Both the position numbers and the translations under genes were made by a program. A stretch of DNA of 32,000 nucleotides, taken from Vibrio cholerae ATCC 14035 (lineage in GTDB: Bacteria > Pseudomonadota > Gammaproteobacteria > Enterobacterales > Vibrionaceae). A model generated the notes under the pieces. That model had not been told where the DNA came from. It did not search any database and worked only from the letters and a program-made list of their open reading frames with translations. The stretch spans positions 1-32,000 of the forward strand of contig NZ_JHXR01000009.1 in the NCBI RefSeq assembly GCF_000621645.1, read 5' to 3'. Of this stretch, positions 28,989 to 32,000 are shown one piece after another. Numbering within the stretch: the first letter of the stretch is position 1; the number at the start of each line of letters is the position of its first letter.

Positions 28989-31900
28989 ATGGTTAGTAAA
29001 ACAAATGAACAGGCGCTAGAGGCCGCAATCGAAAAAGGTTTAGCAGGTATTTGTAAAGAAGAGTTAGCGCTGGGTGAAGCGCCTCTTAATTACAATAATG
29101 ATCTTTATCTTATTGGCTCTCCAAGTGACTTTGACAAGCAGTACGCTTTAGATACCCGTTTGTTTTGGCAATTCCTCGAAGATACTCAAGCGAGTGAGTT
29201 AGAAAAACTTAAGCGCACCAGCCCTCACGATTGGCAGAGAAAAATCCTTGAGCGTTTCGATCGTATGATCAAGCGCCATGGTGTTTTGCGACTATTGAAA
29301 AAAGGGCTAGACGTTGACGATGCCTTTCTATCGTTGATGTACCCGGCACCACTCGCCAGTAGTTCTGAGAAGGTAAAAAAAGATTTTTCTGCCAACCTGT
29401 TTAGTGTGACTCGCCAGGTTTGTTATTCCAATGCAAATCCATTGGAAGAAATTGACATGGTGCTTTTTATCAATGGTATCCCTCTGATTACCCTTGAGCT
29501 TAAAAACCCATGGACGGGCCAGAACGCTGTTTATCATGGTCAAAAGCAGTACCGCGATGATAGAGATGCAAATCAGCCATTGTTGAACTTTGCTCGTTGC
29601 TTGGTTCACATGGCGGTCGATACCGATGAAGTCTATATGACGACTAAGCTGGCAGGCAAAAATACCTTCTTCCTGCCGTTCAACAAAGGCTTCAACTTTG
29701 GCAAAGGTAACCCGATTAATCCACATGGGCACAAGACGGCCTACTTGTGGCAAGAGGTATTCCGCAAAGAAAGCATCGCCAATATTATTCAGCACTTTAT
29801 TCGTCTTGATGGCAGCAGTAAAAAGCAGTTGGACAAACGAACTTTGTTCTTCCCTCGATATCACCAAATGGATGTCGTACGTCGCTTGGTTGATCACTGC
29901 TCAGTTAATGGTGTTGGGCAAACGTATTTGATACAGCACTCAGCGGGGTCAGGTAAATCTAACTCAATTACATGGGCGGCGTATCAGCTCATCGAAACTT
30001 ACCCTATTAGCGATGATCTACCAGGAAGTAGAGGAAAAGAAATGCCTCTATTCGATTCGGTCATCGTTGTTACTGACCGCCGATTGCTCGATAAGCAGTT
30101 ACGCGACAATATAAAAGAGTTCTCTGAAGTGAAGAACATTGTTGCGCCTGCGTTTAAATCGTCAGAACTAAAGTCAGCATTAGAGAATGGTAAGAAAATC
30201 ATCATTACCACCATTCAAAAGTTTCCCTATATTGTCGATGGTATTGCAGACTTAAGTGATAGGCGCTTTGCTGTCATCATTGATGAAGCACACAGTTCGC
30301 AGGATGGGCATAACCAAGATAAGTTAAATGAAGCAATGGGGTTTGTTTCGGAGGATGTTTTAGACAAAGCATTACAAAGTGCGAAAAATCGTAAGATGCG
30401 CTCAAATGCATCTTACTTTGCATTCACCGCAACGCCCAAAAACACCACTCTAGAAAAGTTTGGTCAGCGACAAGCAGACGGAACTTATGTTCCTTTTCAT
30501 TTGTACTCGATGAAACAAGCCATCGAAGAAGGGTTTATCCTCGATGTTATTGCCAATTACACGACCTATAAGAGCTACTACGAGATTGAAAAATCAATCC
30601 AAGATAACCCTGAGTTTGACAGCAAAAAAGCACAGAAGCGCTTACGAGCGTATGTAGAGGCAAGCCAAGAGACGATAGACACTAAAGCCGAGATCATGCT
30701 TGAGCATTTCATCAAGCATGTCGTTAACGGCAAGAAGCTAAAAGGTAAAGGCAAAGGTATGGTGGTGACTCAAAACATTGAGTCAGCCATACGTTACTAT
30801 CGGGCACTAACCAGACAGCTCAATAAAATGGGCAATCCGTTTAAAGTTGCCATTGCATTCTCTGGCTCAAAAGAAGTCGATGGGATTGAGTACACAGAAG
30901 CTGACATTAATGGTTTCCCAGAAGGTGATACCAAAGATTACTTTGATGTGAACTACAAGCGTAAGGAGCCGGACTCTCCAATCCCTAAGCACGTAGACCA
31001 AGATGCTTACCGGTTGCTGGTAGTGGCGAATAAGTATTTAACAGGCTTTGATCAGCCGAAACTTTGTGCCATGTACGTGGATAAAAAGTTGGCTAGCGTT
31101 TTGTGTGTCCAAGCTCTGTCACGCTTAAACCGTTCAGCGCCAAAGTACGGTAAGAAAACGGAAGATCTGTTTGTGTTGGATTTCTTCAACTCAGTGGATG
31201 ATATCAAAACCGCATTCGACCCTTTCTATACATCCACAACGCTTTCTGAAGCGACAGATGTCAATGTTCTTCATGAGCTAAAAGATGATATGGACGACAC
31301 AGATGTTTATGAGTGGTTTGAAGTTGAGGAGTTCAACAAGCGTTTCTTTGAAGGACGAGAGGCTCAGGACCTAAGCCCAATCATTGACATCGCAGCTGCG
31401 CGTTTTAACCACGAGTTAGAACTAGAGAACGAGTTTAAAGTCGATTTCAAAGTGAAAGCCAAGCAGTTTGTGAAAATCTACGGCCAGATTGCATCTATCA
31501 TGCCTTATGAGGTCGTTCAGTGGGAAAAACTGTTCTGGTTCTTGAAATTTTTGATTCCGAAGCTTTCCGTCGAAGACCCAGATAAAGAAGCACTAGACTC
31601 ATTACTAGATTCAGTTGATTTGAGCTCTTATGGATTACAAAGGGTTAAGCTTAACCATTCCATCGAGCTAGATGACTCTGAAACTGAGTTAGATCCTCAA
31701 AACCCGAACCCGCGCGGGGCTTATGGTCCTGAAGCTGAGAAAGATCCGTTAGATGAGATCATCAAAATCTTTAACGAACGCTGGTTCCAAGGCTGGAGCG
31801 CAACACCAGAAGAGCAGAGAGTTAAGTTTGTGAACATTGCTGAGAGCATCCGAAATCACCCAGATTTCGAAGCTAAATACCAAAACAACGCAGACCCTCA

Positions 31901-32000
31901 TACGCGAGAGTTAGCGTTTGAAAAGATGTTGAAAGAAATCATGCTTCAACGTCGTAAAGACGAGTTAGAGCTCTACAAGCTGTTTGCCCAAGACCCAGCT
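28989..32000 (+). CDS. hsdR: Type I restriction enzyme R subunit (3' end beyond the window)
   Basis: The frame is open from ATG 28989 to the window end (1004 codons). It is absent from the ORF track because no stop lies in the window. The N-terminal PD-(D/E)xK motif is DMVLFINGIPLITLELK (D at 29454-29456, ELK at 29496-29504). Walker A is HSAGSGKS (29937-29960) and the DEAH box is at 30282-30293. The later motifs FAFTATP and ALSRLNR are also present. Confidence 0.95.
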   Translation, partial: MVSKTNEQALEAAIEKGLAGICKEELALGEAPLNYNNDLYLIGSPSDFDKQYALDTRLFWQFLEDTQASELEKLKRTSPHDWQRKILERFDRMIKRHGVLRLLKKGLDVDDAFLSLMYPAPLASSSEKVKKDFSANLFSVTRQVCYSNANPLEEIDMVLFINGIPLITLELKNPWTGQNAVYHGQKQYRDDRDANQPLLNFARCLVHMAVDTDEVYMTTKLAGKNTFFLPFNKGFNFGKGNPINPHGHKTAYLWQEVFRKESIANIIQHFIRLDGSSKKQLDKRTLFFPRYHQMDVVRRLVDHCSVNGVGQTYLIQHSAGSGKSNSITWAAYQLIETYPISDDLPGSRGKEMPLFDSVIVVTDRRLLDKQLRDNIKEFSEVKNIVAPAFKSSELKSALENGKKIIITTIQKFPYIVDGIADLSDRRFAVIIDEAHSSQDGHNQDKLNEAMGFVSEDVLDKALQSAKNRKMRSNASYFAFTATPKNTTLEKFGQRQADGTYVPFHLYSMKQAIEEGFILDVIANYTTYKSYYEIEKSIQDNPEFDSKKAQKRLRAYVEASQETIDTKAEIMLEHFIKHVVNGKKLKGKGKGMVVTQNIESAIRYYRALTRQLNKMGNPFKVAIAFSGSKEVDGIEYTEADINGFPEGDTKDYFDVNYKRKEPDSPIPKHVDQDAYRLLVVANKYLTGFDQPKLCAMYVDKKLASVLCVQALSRLNRSAPKYGKKTEDLFVLDFFNSVDDIKTAFDPFYTSTTLSEATDVNVLHELKDDMDDTDVYEWFEVEEFNKRFFEGREAQDLSPIIDIAAARFNHELELENEFKVDFKVKAKQFVKIYGQIASIMPYEVVQWEKLFWFLKFLIPKLSVEDPDKEALDSLLDSVDLSSYGLQRVKLNHSIELDDSETELDPQNPNPRGAYGPEAEKDPLDEIIKIFNERWFQGWSATPEEQRVKFVNIAESIRNHPDFEAKYQNNADPHTRELAFEKMLKEIMLQRRKDELELYKLFAQDPA

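Noticed and set aside
29328-29897. A 189-aa minus-strand ORF
   Set aside because: It lies entirely antisense within hsdR, whose plus-strand frame carries the clear PD-(D/E)xK and Walker A motifs. It is a shadow ORF.

Overview
This window matches the central part of Vibrio cholerae pathogenicity island 2 (VPI-2), identified from gene content and order, not from a database search. It has three modules. (1) nt 1-2180 is mobile-element debris: the 3' end of an IS3-family transposase gene, a probably truncated ORF, a RadC-like JAB protein and an AlpA-family regulator. (2) nt 2184-15028 is the complete sialic-acid scavenging and catabolism cluster. It holds secreted sialidase nanH, the nanE-nanK-nagA operon on the minus strand, the divergent siaPQM TRAP transporter plus nanA, an RpiR-type repressor, and two tandem Kelch-repeat NanM-like genes. 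(3) nt 15093-32000 is a dense defence island. It holds a WYL-domain regulator that is divergent from a two-gene operon encoding a 1190-aa SF2-helicase/PD-(D/E)xK-nuclease and a 687-aa protein. A type I restriction-modification system (hsdM, hsdS, hsdR) follows, with two DUF262/GmrSD-like genes inserted between hsdS and hsdR. The helicase-nuclease pair is the standout. Its position, lengths and motif positions match what I recall as DdmD/DdmE (VC1771/VC1770), the plasmid-eliminating helicase-nuclease plus Argonaute-like system reported in 2022. It is therefore no longer undescribed, but it is the most unusual system here. The WYL regulator and the R-M-embedded DUF262 pair are, as far as I know, the least characterised parts. 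I saw no rRNA, tRNA or CRISPR array. All protein-family calls come from reading motifs in the supplied translations, and no searches were run.
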